Positions 1 to 9,736 are shown, numbered from the stretch's first letter. The stretch: DNA of 48,385 nt from Promethearchaeota archaeon (GCA_048938445.1 JBHLME010000016.1:1-48385); one strand, 5' to 3'. Notes: generated from the sequence alone by a model not told the origin. A program made the numbers and translations.

Positions 1-43
1 AGGTTAAATAATACATCATAAAAGTAATTAATCAGGTGATTAT

Positions 44-1123
44 TTGGTAAAAATGATAAAAATGAGAAAAAAGAAAGAAATAACAGAAACAATAGGATTA
101 CCTCCAGGAACCCTTGTACATACTTTAGAAGAGATAATAGGGCCTATAAAGATTCAAATTATAGATTATAATAATGAGGATTATAACATTTCTGAATTTC
201 AAAAACTTTATGATAATTTCGAAAAAATTAAAAAAGGAATTGTGAGATGGATAAATATTGAGAGCCGTTTACCAATAGATTTAATCGAAAAATTAGGAAA
301 TGGATTTAATTTACATCCGCTCGTTTTAGAAGATATTGTAAATCCTATTCAACGTCCAAAATTTGAAGATTATCACGAATATATTTTTATCATTATAAAA
401 CAAGTCTTATGGGATGAAAAGGATGAAATATTTATGACTGAACAAATTTCACTTATTTTAGGACCTAACTATGTTATATCAATTCAAGAAAGACCTTCCA
501 ATCTATTTAATCCCATAATTGAAAGAATTCAAACTTTTAAAGGGAGAGTTCGTACCATGGGGTCAGATTATCTCCTCTATGCATTATTAGATGTGATTGT
601 TGATAATTATTTCATTCTAGAGGATAAAATTGGAGAATTTATAGAAAAGATTGAAGATAATTTAGTCTCCGATCCAAATATTGAAGTTTTACATTCTATT
701 TATAATCTAAAAAGACAAATTATTTTGTTAAGAAAATCTATTTGGCCTTTAAGAGCTGTAATTAATAGTTTGCAAAGGGGGCAGAGTGATTTAATCTCAG
801 ATGCTATGCAAATTTATCTCAGGGATATTTATGATCATGTTTTTTTAATTAATGATTTATTAGAAAACTATAGAGAGATCGTTACAGGAATGCTAGATTT
901 GTATTTATCAAGTGTAAGCAACAAAATGAACGAGATTATGAAAGTTTTAACCATTATTTCTACTATTTTCATACCAATCACTTTTCTTGCTGGATTTTAT
1001 GGAATGAATTTTATATATATGCCTGAACTTCATTCTCCCTTAGCATACCCGTTATTAATAATTATAATGGTGATGATATCCTTATTATTGATTTATTTTT
1101 TTAGAAGAAAAAAGTGGATTTAA
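44..1123 (+). CDS. corA: CorA-family Mg2+/Co2+ transporter
   Basis: LHPLVLEDI and QRPKFE N-terminal motifs, GFYGMNF signature followed by MPEL and two C-terminal TM helices; GGTGA upstream; the start may instead be ATG at 53. Confidence 0.95.
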   Translation: MVKMIKMRKKKEITETIGLPPGTLVHTLEEIIGPIKIQIIDYNNEDYNISEFQKLYDNFEKIKKGIVRWINIESRLPIDLIEKLGNGFNLHPLVLEDIVNPIQRPKFEDYHEYIFIIIKQVLWDEKDEIFMTEQISLILGPNYVISIQERPSNLFNPIIERIQTFKGRVRTMGSDYLLYALLDVIVDNYFILEDKIGEFIEKIEDNLVSDPNIEVLHSIYNLKRQIILLRKSIWPLRAVINSLQRGQSDLISDAMQIYLRDIYDHVFLINDLLENYREIVTGMLDLYLSSVSNKMNEIMKVLTIISTIFIPITFLAGFYGMNFIYMPELHSPLAYPLLIIIMVMISLLLIYFFRRKKWI

Positions 1124-1306
1124 TTTAATTTTAAAATAAAATCGATTAATTTAAACCATCCAAATCCCTATAAATAAGTATAAAGATGATCTATTAGGAA
1201 TTAAAATTAAAATTATTATAATTTATAAGTTTGCGAGCACTAGATTTAAGGATTTCAATTAAAAATTCTGCGAGAATAAATTCTAATAAGTTAAATGACT
1301 CTTTTT

Positions 1307-2215
1307 TTAATTTATTTTGCTACACATTTCTTTTACTCTTGTTCTTAATGTTACTTCAGTGATTTTAGCTAAATTTGCTATATTTGTTTGTTTTTTATGA
1401 TCTTTTGTATTTCTTGTCGCTAGATACACTGCAGATGCGGCAAAACCCTTAGGATCCTTTCCACTTATAGAAATCCCACCATTTAAGGATATTGAAAGTA
1501 TTCTCAATGCTTCTTTTTGTATGTGGTGAGGTAATTCCAATTCATTACAAAATTTTATGACTAATTGTTCTACTGTAATCGGTTTATAGGTAAGCTTTAA
1601 TTCTGGTAAAACTTCCCGAATTAGCAGTGCAATAGAGCGGACCACAGTTTTTCGTGGAATCATCATTGCATCACTAATGTCTTCTAAAAGTTTTGGGAAT
1701 TCGTGTATTCTAATTGCAATATATAGAGAAGCAGATAAAATAGCATCAATAGATCTTCCCATTGTCAACCGTTTTTTTGCAGCATAACTATAAATCTTCC
1801 AAGCAATTTCAGAGATATGAGCTGGAACATTCAATTTTGATGATAATTCCTTTAATAAGGGTTTAGCAATCCAATAATTTCTCTCTATACTAGATATCAA
1901 AGAATTTTGAATTTTAGATAATCTTGAATATAATGTCCTTTGTTCCGCATCAAGAACATTCCCTTTAAAATCTATATTCGTTGAGGGAAGAATTGTTCTA
2001 GATCCAAATTCTCTCCATCGAGGTTCAGTGCGTTTTCTTTCATTCACTTCTTTTGAAGTGAAAGCTCTTCTTTCATCATCTACAAAATTTACATCAAACA
2101 CTAATCCACAATTTACACATACCTTGGTACCATCTACAATATTAATGTGTTGTTTATTGCAGCAAATTTCTTGTATTTTAATAACAGGTAATATTTCTTT
2201 TTTATATAATACCAT
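1307..2215 (-). CDS. tfb: Transcription initiation factor IIB (TFB) paralog
   Basis: N-terminal Zn ribbon (CC..H...VCVNCG), ERN linker, two cyclin folds (GRSIDAILSASLYIA; GKDPKGFAASAVYLA), C-terminal HTH QTNIANLAKITEVTLRTR. Confidence 0.93.
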   Translation of the reverse strand: MVLYKKEILPVIKIQEICCNKQHINIVDGTKVCVNCGLVFDVNFVDDERRAFTSKEVNERKRTEPRWREFGSRTILPSTNIDFKGNVLDAEQRTLYSRLSKIQNSLISSIERNYWIAKPLLKELSSKLNVPAHISEIAWKIYSYAAKKRLTMGRSIDAILSASLYIAIRIHEFPKLLEDISDAMMIPRKTVVRSIALLIREVLPELKLTYKPITVEQLVIKFCNELELPHHIQKEALRILSISLNGGISISGKDPKGFAASAVYLATRNTKDHKKQTNIANLAKITEVTLRTRVKEMCSKIN

Positions 2216-2350
2216 ATTATCACACCATTTATCTGATTTATTATTATGAAAAACCTATTAATTATAATCTTATAGTTCTGTCATAAATTTTAATTAACAA
2301 TTTACTATGATATGGGCATTTAATTTTTTAATTTATATTCTATAATTTAA

Positions 2351-2929
2351 TTATTCATAATTTTGAATAATATATTCGAGATTTATCAAGTTTGACGAAA
2401 TATCTTTTACATTACTACTTAATTTGAAATTGAAAAATGTTTTTAAATAATATTCTATCATTAAAATAAAAAATTCTGAAAAGCTCTCATCCAAATCATG
2501 TAATCCTTTGATTATCAATTTATCTTTTTTTAAAATAAAATCAATCGTGTTAAACCATCTAAGTCCTGAATTACTAAGAAATCGGATGATATTTTTAGAA
2601 TATATGTTAAAATTTTTGATATCCATTTTTTCGGGAACATTGAATCTCGTGATATCCGCTAAAAGCTCTGCTGTTTCACTTACTAATGAATTTAATAATT
2701 CTTCATTAACTTGAGATAACAATTGATAAAACATTGATTTCGTGATTATCATCATATTATTTGTCTTTCTAAAAGATTCAAGATTAATCCAATTTTTTAC
2801 AGCTTGTTTTGCGATTAAACTTCGGGATCTATTTTCAATTTTTGCTATTTTCTCTAATTTATGGATTTCATTAATAGAAAGTCTAAATCCTAAAAAATTA
2901 TTTTTTTTCTCTGGTTTTTTTGTTGACAT
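2351..2929 (-). CDS. Putative transcriptional regulator with N-terminal ribbon-helix-helix (CopG-like) domain
   Basis: FLGFRLSINEIHKLEKIAKIENRSRSLIAKQAVKNWI fits the RHH beta-alpha-alpha pattern; C-terminal domain not recognised. Confidence 0.65.
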   Translation of the reverse strand: MSTKKPEKKNNFLGFRLSINEIHKLEKIAKIENRSRSLIAKQAVKNWINLESFRKTNNMMIITKSMFYQLLSQVNEELLNSLVSETAELLADITRFNVPEKMDIKNFNIYSKNIIRFLSNSGLRWFNTIDFILKKDKLIIKGLHDLDESFSEFFILMIEYYLKTFFNFKLSSNVKDISSNLINLEYIIQNYE

Positions 2930-3105
2930 GACGAGTACCCTTGTAAAAATTATTTTAAAAAAAAAAATTGATATACAATATTATATATGTTATCAGAGTT
3001 TTTAAAGTTATCATTGAAAACATTTAAATAACTTGATCACAATAATATCAATTAATTACATAAATTTTTTTTATTTTAAAAAAAATAAAAATGGAGGTAA
3101 TATCA

Positions 3106-3246
3106 ATGGTAAATGGCTTATTTGATGGTCCTAAGAAAAAAATTGCAGCAGAAGACGATGATGATTGGGACGACGAAGATGATACTGATGAGGATGATGA
3201 TTGGGACGACGAAGATGATTATGATGACTATGAGTTTGATGATTAA
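3106..3246 (+). CDS. Unannotated 46-aa hyperacidic peptide MVNGLFDGPKKKIAAEDDDDWDDEDDTDEDDDWDDEDDYDDYEFDD
   Basis: Translated by hand. GGAGGT RBS at 3093-3098, ATG 3106 (in-frame alternative ATG 3091), TAA 3244-3246. G-rich island in AT-rich flanks, with an in-frame internal repeat. Confidence 0.8.
   Translation: MVNGLFDGPKKKIAAEDDDDWDDEDDTDEDDDWDDEDDYDDYEFDD
3157..3219 (+). repeat. Two exact 27-nt direct repeats GATGATGATTGGGACGACGAAGATGAT (3157-3183 and 3193-3219; period 36 nt = 12 aa)
   Basis: Read directly from the sequence; encodes DDDWDDEDD twice. Confidence 0.9.
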
Positions 3247-3354
3247 ATTCAAACTTGATTGAAATTAAGCCTAAATATAATTAAATTTTTTTTATCTTAG
3301 TTTCCTTATTTCAAACCAAAAATTACTTTTCCGTAAAGGAGATAATAAATAAAA

Positions 3355-5295
3355 ATGTCAAATGAAGAAAAAACAAATTTTTCCAAATGTTTAGGACCTG
3401 TTCTCAATTTAGAAGAATATGTTCGAAAAGATTGGTGGAATCATATTTTTAATAAGTTCTATTTGAAAACAGATGGAGATGTGGTAAATGATATCCAAAT
3501 AACCTCAAAAGAGGTTGATACGTTTACAGAATTAATAGATTTAAAGGTTCAAGATTCAATTTTAGATTTATGCTGTGGACAAGGTAGGCATTCTCTAGAA
3601 TTGGCAAGAAGAGGTTATCATAGAGTTCAAGGTCTGGATCGTTCACAATATTTAATTCAGAGGGCGAGAAAAACGGCAAAAAAAGAAAATTTGCCAGTAA
3701 AGTTTCAAGAAGGAGATGCAAGAAAGCTTCCATTTCATACAGATAAATTTGATGTTGTAATGATTCTTGGTAATAGCTTTGGTTATTTTGATACGATTAA
3801 TGATGATCTTCGCGTTTTAGAAGAAGTTTTCAGAATATTAAAGCCATGGGGGAGGATATTGATTGATTTGACTGATGGGAATTACCTTAGAACAACCTAT
3901 CAACCTCGTTCATGGGAATGGATAGATAAGAATCATTTTGTTTGTAGGGAACGTTCTTTATCAATAGATAAACAAAAGCTGATATCAAGAGAAGTCATCA
4001 ATCATGTTAATGATGGAGTTTTGGTCGATCAATTTTATGCCGAAAGATTATACTCTCAAGATGAAATCCTTGAATTATTAAAAAAAGCAGGTTTCACGGA
4101 TATTAAATTTCATCAACAAATGACACCAGAATCATTGAGAAACCAAGATTTAGGGATGATGGCAAGAAGAATGATTATTAGTGCAGTTGTTAGAAAAGAT
4201 TGGACAGAAATTAAAAGTAAAAAGAGTATAATTAAGAACATTACAGTCGTTTTTGGTGATCCTCAAAAACCTGATGCATTAAAACCTTCAAACATTTTTG
4301 ATGATGATGATTTTTATACAATAGATAAGTTAAAAGAAGCTTTAAGGCAAATAAAAGGAACCAATTTCACATATTTAAACAATCATAATACCCTTATTAA
4401 TGATTTAATGGCGAACCGTGGAAAAATTGATTATGTCTTGAATTTATGTGATGAAGGATATTTTAATAATCCAAGGTATGAATTGCATGTAACCGCACTT
4501 TTAGAAATTCTCAATATTCCTTATAGCGGAGCGGGACCTCAATGTTTAGCTCATTGTTATGATAAATCGTTAGTTCGAGGCGTTGCTAAAGAAATGGATA
4601 TACCTGTACCAGAAGCGATCTTCATTAAACCTGAAGATAAATTTTTTGATTTACCCCTGTATTTTCCTGTACTAGTTAAACCGAATTTTGGAGACTCAAG
4701 TTTTGGAATTACTAAAGATTGTGTTGCGAACAATGGAGAAGAATTAATTTATGCAATTTCAAAAATTCGAGAAAATTTTGGATACAATTCCCCTATAATT
4801 GTAGAGCAATTCCTTCCTGGAAAAGACTTAACATTAGGAATAATTGGAAATCCTCCTTTAGATTATAAGATACTTCCGATAGCTGAAGAAGATTATTCCG
4901 CTTTACCTGAAGATTATCCCAAAATATGTGGATATGAAGCAAAATGGTTACCTGAATCTCCATATTGGAATTTAAAATCATTACCTGCAGTTTTACCAGA
5001 AAAAACAAAGAATATTATTGAAATGTGTAGTTTAAAGCTATTTGAACGCTTAGAATGCAGAGATTATGCTCGTTTTGACTGGAGATTAGATGCGGAAGGG
5101 AATCCAAAACTTTTAGAGGTTAATCCAAATCCTGGTTGGTGTTGGGATGGTCATTTGGCAAAAATGGCAAATTTCATGGGAATATCTTATAAAGACATGC
5201 TAAAAGAGATTTTAGATGCAACTGAAAAGAGAATAGGTCTTCAAAAACGCAATCAAGTTGAAGATAAAAAATTAAATGACAAAATAAAGAAATAA
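3355..5295 (+). CDS. Class I SAM methyltransferase fused to a D-Ala-D-Ala-ligase-like ATP-grasp domain
   Basis: ILDLCCGQGRH (SAM motif I), GDAR, LGNSFGY; C-terminal DKS..IPVP, PVLVKPNFGDSSFGI, EQFLPGKD, YARFDWRLD, LLEVNPNPG; AAGGAG RBS upstream. Confidence 0.88.
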   Translation: MSNEEKTNFSKCLGPVLNLEEYVRKDWWNHIFNKFYLKTDGDVVNDIQITSKEVDTFTELIDLKVQDSILDLCCGQGRHSLELARRGYHRVQGLDRSQYLIQRARKTAKKENLPVKFQEGDARKLPFHTDKFDVVMILGNSFGYFDTINDDLRVLEEVFRILKPWGRILIDLTDGNYLRTTYQPRSWEWIDKNHFVCRERSLSIDKQKLISREVINHVNDGVLVDQFYAERLYSQDEILELLKKAGFTDIKFHQQMTPESLRNQDLGMMARRMIISAVVRKDWTEIKSKKSIIKNITVVFGDPQKPDALKPSNIFDDDDFYTIDKLKEALRQIKGTNFTYLNNHNTLINDLMANRGKIDYVLNLCDEGYFNNPRYELHVTALLEILNIPYSGAGPQCLAHCYDKSLVRGVAKEMDIPVPEAIFIKPEDKFFDLPLYFPVLVKPNFGDSSFGITKDCVANNGEELIYAISKIRENFGYNSPIIVEQFLPGKDLTLGIIGNPPLDYKILPIAEEDYSALPEDYPKICGYEAKWLPESPYWNLKSLPAVLPEKTKNIIEMCSLKLFERLECRDYARFDWRLDAEGNPKLLEVNPNPGWCWDGHLAKMANFMGISYKDMLKEILDATEKRIGLQKRNQVEDKKLNDKIKK

Positions 5296-6082
5296 TTTTA
5301 TTATTTCTAATAATTTTTTATTTTTAATAGAGTTGAATAATTTCACATAATAATTATCATCTACTTAAATTTTTATTGAATTCTTAGATCTTAAATAGTC
5401 ATCAAAATAAATGCAGAAAAATTAAATACCACTATGAATAAAAGATGAGATATGATGAAGTTATCTTTCATTAATTATAATATCAATTGAAAATTATGAT
5501 ATCAATTACTTTTCTTCTTTTTTAAATTGGTTTATTGTTTATAAAAATTATTGTATTTCTAAAAAAAATTAATAATTTTAATTTATTCTATGAGAACTAC
5601 ATTTTAATTAAAATTGAAAATCCCTCTCTAATTTAAAAAACCAAAATTATTTTTTTTCCTATAAGAATGATTATTGAGATCAAAAAATTTATTAAGCCCT
5701 ATTTTTTCTATTATTATAGAAGATAATTGGAATGATTGGTTTTAATACATCTATATCACAAATTAACTTCTAAAAAAATATTTTAAGTGATATTTATTAT
5801 ATCTCCAACTATTAGTAAAATGGAATTTAATAAAAATACTGGTAATGCTTGACGTTTATAAATATAAATTTCATATGAAATTTTTTTTCTTTATTACCTT
5901 TAAAGTTAAAATGAAGAAAAATTATTTATTACTAATAAAATTCCATGGATTCTCAGTTTAATAAGATTCCATAAATTTTTGTGTTAATCCAATATATTTT
6001 TTGAATGGATTTTAAATTTTAAATAATTTAATTTGAATTTCTAAAATCTAAGTTATAAAGAAATTAAATAATGGTGTAATAT

Positions 6083-7320
6083 TTGATTAGGTTAGAAGCT
6101 CCGGAAGAAATTAAAGATATAAAAAGAAAAAGCATCGGTAAATTAAATAAAAAGTATCAATCTAATATTAAAAAAATTTATTTATATCAATTTTTAATGG
6201 GATTTTATTTAATTTCTGGAGTATTAATCCCCTTCTTTCTAACATGGGGTCAATTAAATATTTTTGAATTTAACTTACTCCAAGGTTATTATTTCATTAT
6301 GGCATTTTTATTAGAGATTCCGTGTGGAATGATTGGAGATCATATTAGCAGGAAAAAAATGTTATTTCTAGCAGGATTAATTAGCTCAATTGCAGCATTA
6401 ATTTATGGTTTAATACCAAATATCTTTATGTTTTATATAGGAGAGACGCTTTTTGCTTTAGGTGATGCGTTATTTTCTGGAACAATTGAGGGATTAATAT
6501 ATGGTTCATTAAAAACTCAGGGACAGGAAAAAAAATTCTCTAAAATCCTCGGAAAATCAAAAAGTGTATTTTTACTTGGAGTTGTTATATCTTCCCCGCT
6601 TGGATCCATAATAGGATATAAATTTTCCTTACAATTTGTTATGATATTGATGTTTATACCGTATATTGGTTGCACAATAATCTCTTTAACTTTTAAAGAA
6701 CCTCCTCATGTAAAAAAGAAAAAATCATCTAGAGCATTCAATACGATTAAATTGAGCTTTAAACTTTTCAAGGAAAATAAAACTATAAAGATTTTACTTA
6801 TAGATATGTTAGTTATTGAAATTTTGATTCTTGTATTATCTTTAATTATCAATATTATCTTTATACAGAATTAAACATTCCCACCATATACTTCGGGTTT
6901 ATTAATGCAATTTTGATTTTGTCTGAATTTTTATTCACTTATTCAATTTCTACTCAAAATTATCGAATAAAAAATAAGAAATTACTTCTTCTATTCATTA
7001 CATTACTTCCAGGAATTTCCTATTTTTTAATAGGAACTATTCATTTTGTTCCTATCAATCTAATTCTAATATTATTGATTATAGGATTAGGGTTGTCAAG
7101 ATATATCATATTTTATGATGGTATAAATAAACGAATTAAAGATGGAACTAGAACAACTACTTATAGTATGATAAACATGATCAGAATGGTTCCAGGGGCA
7201 TTAATTTTACCATTATTAGGAATTTTATTCTCTTATAATATGAATATTACATTTATGTTAATTGGAATTTTTATAATAGTATTTACAATGCTTTCTAAAG
7301 TTAAAAAGGAGCATTTTTAA
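6083..7320 (+). pseudogene. MFS transporter split by a -1 frameshift near 6820-6841
   Basis: ORF 6083-6874 carries LEIPCGMIGDHISRK (motif A-like) and FSGTIEGLIY. The frame of ORF 6913-7320 is open upstream as FNYQYYLYTELNIPTIYFGFINAI, a typical continuation into the C-terminal half. Confidence 0.8.
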
Positions 7321-7576
7321 TGTTAATTTTAATAAAGAAATAAATCCTTTTCTTAGGAATAGATTGTGTGATTTTATCATTCGACTAAATCCATTAATTC
7401 AGGAACCTCTTTAATGACATTCAATTCGTCATATGAGATAAAAAATTTGTGGTTTTCTTTTTATTCTAAATGCGCTGAATGATATTTAACATTTTCAATG
7501 ATAATTTTTTATTGAAATCTTAGTTGCAAGTAATTAAAAACTATAATTTTATAAAATGATAAAAATTTTTCAGATA

Positions 7577-8884
7577 TCAATTACCATAAAGAAGGACAAT
7601 TATAAATAAGAATCCAATTGATAAAACAATATGAAGTATTGCAAACACCGCTCCATTTTTCAGTAATCTTTTAAAACCAAGATTTTCGACTCCATTATTT
7701 TGTGCTATTTTTAAAGTCATCATGTCACATGCTGCTCCTTGAGGTATTAAGTTTCCTCCAATATTAATTCCTATGATAAATGCAAATAATAGAGGAATTG
7801 AAGGAAAACTCTTTGAAATAAGAACTTCGATTATTGGAATGAATATTAGAGCTGTTGGAGTATTTGCTACAAATCCAGAGATTAAACTAACCATTATTAA
7901 AATAATTAAGGATAATGAAAAAGCATCCAATACATCAAATGGAATTCCTATAAAAAGTTCTTTAAAACCAGCGATTAATAAACATCCAATAACTACATAA
8001 AGTGATATGAAGAAAAAAATTATTTCCCATTCAATATCTTTAAATAGATCACTCATAGACCTATTAGTATATGTTTTATTGATGATAACAAGTACAAGAG
8101 CGGAAATTGCGGCGGTCAAATATAATAATGGTAAAATCGCGAAAAGGGCAATTGTAATAATTATTGCGATGCTATTAAAATAGAACATTTTTTTATTTTT
8201 TATCATAACATTAGCATCTATTAATTCTAGTACGTATTTTTTCTGTTGTTCATCAATTAGAGGTTCTTTTTTGAGAATTAACCTATCGATTGTAAATATC
8301 GTAACAAATAAGAGGAAAAACGAAAAAATCCAATAGTATTGAATGAAATAAAGCGTGTCTAAACCAAACGCAGTAGCGATTATGATATTTTCTCCACTTG
8401 AAAATGGAGTAATTATTGAACCTATATTTATACAAATAGTCATTCCCAAAAGATAAGTCCCTGCTTTTATTTTTAAGAAACGACAAATCCTTATTACGAC
8501 GGGAGCTAATATTAGAACAACCACAACATCACTTATAATTGCTGCTAATAATGTTGTTATTGTACATAATAAGAATAGGAATATAGTACGGTTTCCTTTT
8601 GAGATTTTGAATAATTTTACTGCTAGAAATTCTAATATATTCGAATCTTGAGCGATTTTTGTAATGATGCTCATGCAAAGAATAACTATAATCGCCTCAA
8701 ATTCTATATATTCGATGAAACTCCAAATAGTTTCTCCTGCTGTAAAACCTGTTACTGCCGCAGCTATAAAACAACATAATAAAGAGATAGCAACAAAATC
8801 TATGCCTTTAATAGCATAACTGATTAAAATTATTACAAAGATAATGAAAATAAAAATAAGAAGTGGAATGTTCGGGAGTTCCAT
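7577..8884 (-). CDS. ArsB/NhaD (SLC13, P-protein-like) anion permease
   Basis: About 11-12 hydrophobic helices; INIGSIITPFSSGEN, SGFVANTP and NIGGNLIPQGAACD motifs. Confidence 0.85.
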   Translation of the reverse strand: MELPNIPLLIFIFIIFVIILISYAIKGIDFVAISLLCCFIAAAVTGFTAGETIWSFIEYIEFEAIIVILCMSIITKIAQDSNILEFLAVKLFKISKGNRTIFLFLLCTITTLLAAIISDVVVVLILAPVVIRICRFLKIKAGTYLLGMTICINIGSIITPFSSGENIIIATAFGLDTLYFIQYYWIFSFFLLFVTIFTIDRLILKKEPLIDEQQKKYVLELIDANVMIKNKKMFYFNSIAIIITIALFAILPLLYLTAAISALVLVIINKTYTNRSMSDLFKDIEWEIIFFFISLYVVIGCLLIAGFKELFIGIPFDVLDAFSLSLIILIMVSLISGFVANTPTALIFIPIIEVLISKSFPSIPLLFAFIIGINIGGNLIPQGAACDMMTLKIAQNNGVENLGFKRLLKNGAVFAILHIVLSIGFLFIIVLLYGN

Positions 8885-8909
8885 GATTTATTAAAATTAT
8901 ATATTTTAT

Positions 8910-9575
8910 TTAACTTTGAAATAATTTAATTACTTTATATATATCTATTGGACCATTAATGTTAATAAATGAGACTAAATTCTTATCTAACGGTTGGATT
9001 TCCTTCTCAACATGAATATATCTGATATCCCAGTTTTTATCAATGAAATTTATCAATCCAAAATTCTTAGTAGTCAAAACTCTTTTGGCATTTTCATAAC
9101 CTTTATCAATAGGATAAATAGCAAAAAAAAATTCTAAAAATCCATTATTCCAACGAGGAATGACACATTCATGGTCCGTTGATTCCGAAATCATTAAATT
9201 TATTACTTCTGGTTTAATTAAAGGTATGTCACATGATAATACAAATGCCTTTTTAAAACCTAATAGCTTTAATTCTTTGAATCCCGAATAAATACCTAAC
9301 ATTGGCTTATTTATTTTTTCATAAGTAAAGAATTCTCGATCATCTACTATAAATTTTACATCCCTTGGAAATATGATCTGATTTCGATAATGCTGTATTT
9401 GGTCATCAGAGTGAGCAACTAAATAAACATCATTATCGATCTTTTTTAATATTTCAATTTGATATAAAATTAATGGCTTTCCTAAAATATCAATAATCCC
9501 TTTCTCAGTACCTAATCTATTACTCTTCCCACCAATTAATATTAATATAGCGATATCATTTTTTTCAGAGGTCAT
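8910..9575 (-). CDS. mobA: Molybdenum cofactor guanylyltransferase MobA-like
   Basis: ILIGGKSNRLGTEKG, PMLGIYSG, LSCDIPLI and SFININ motifs. Confidence 0.85.
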   Translation of the reverse strand: MTSEKNDIAILILIGGKSNRLGTEKGIIDILGKPLILYQIEILKKIDNDVYLVAHSDDQIQHYRNQIIFPRDVKFIVDDREFFTYEKINKPMLGIYSGFKELKLLGFKKAFVLSCDIPLIKPEVINLMISESTDHECVIPRWNNGFLEFFFAIYPIDKGYENAKRVLTTKNFGLINFIDKNWDIRYIHVEKEIQPLDKNLVSFININGPIDIYKVIKLFQS

Positions 9576-9736
9576 AAACTAATTCATGTCTGTAATGAAT
9601 TTAAACTTATTTTTTTAATTTAATCGATTTTTTTTAAACTGATTTAGATTGTCAATAGTACTGTTATAATCACACAAAATTTTATAAATCAATTTTCATA
9701 AATTAGTTTTTGACTAATTAAATAGAGTTGAGGCTC

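Noticed and set aside
3157-3219. 27-nt direct repeat as a mini-CRISPR or attachment site
   Set aside because: Only two copies with a 9-nt spacer, in frame within a coding sequence, and no cas or integrase genes
5296-6082. Replication origin in the AT-rich gap
   Set aside because: No ORB-like repeats with G-strings and no adjacent orc1/cdc6
7350-7510. Minus-strand coding-like fragment (KIIIENVKYHSAHLE*KENHKFFISYDELNVIKEVPELMDLVE)
   Set aside because: Interrupted by stops, no start or recognisable family; at most an unidentifiable remnant
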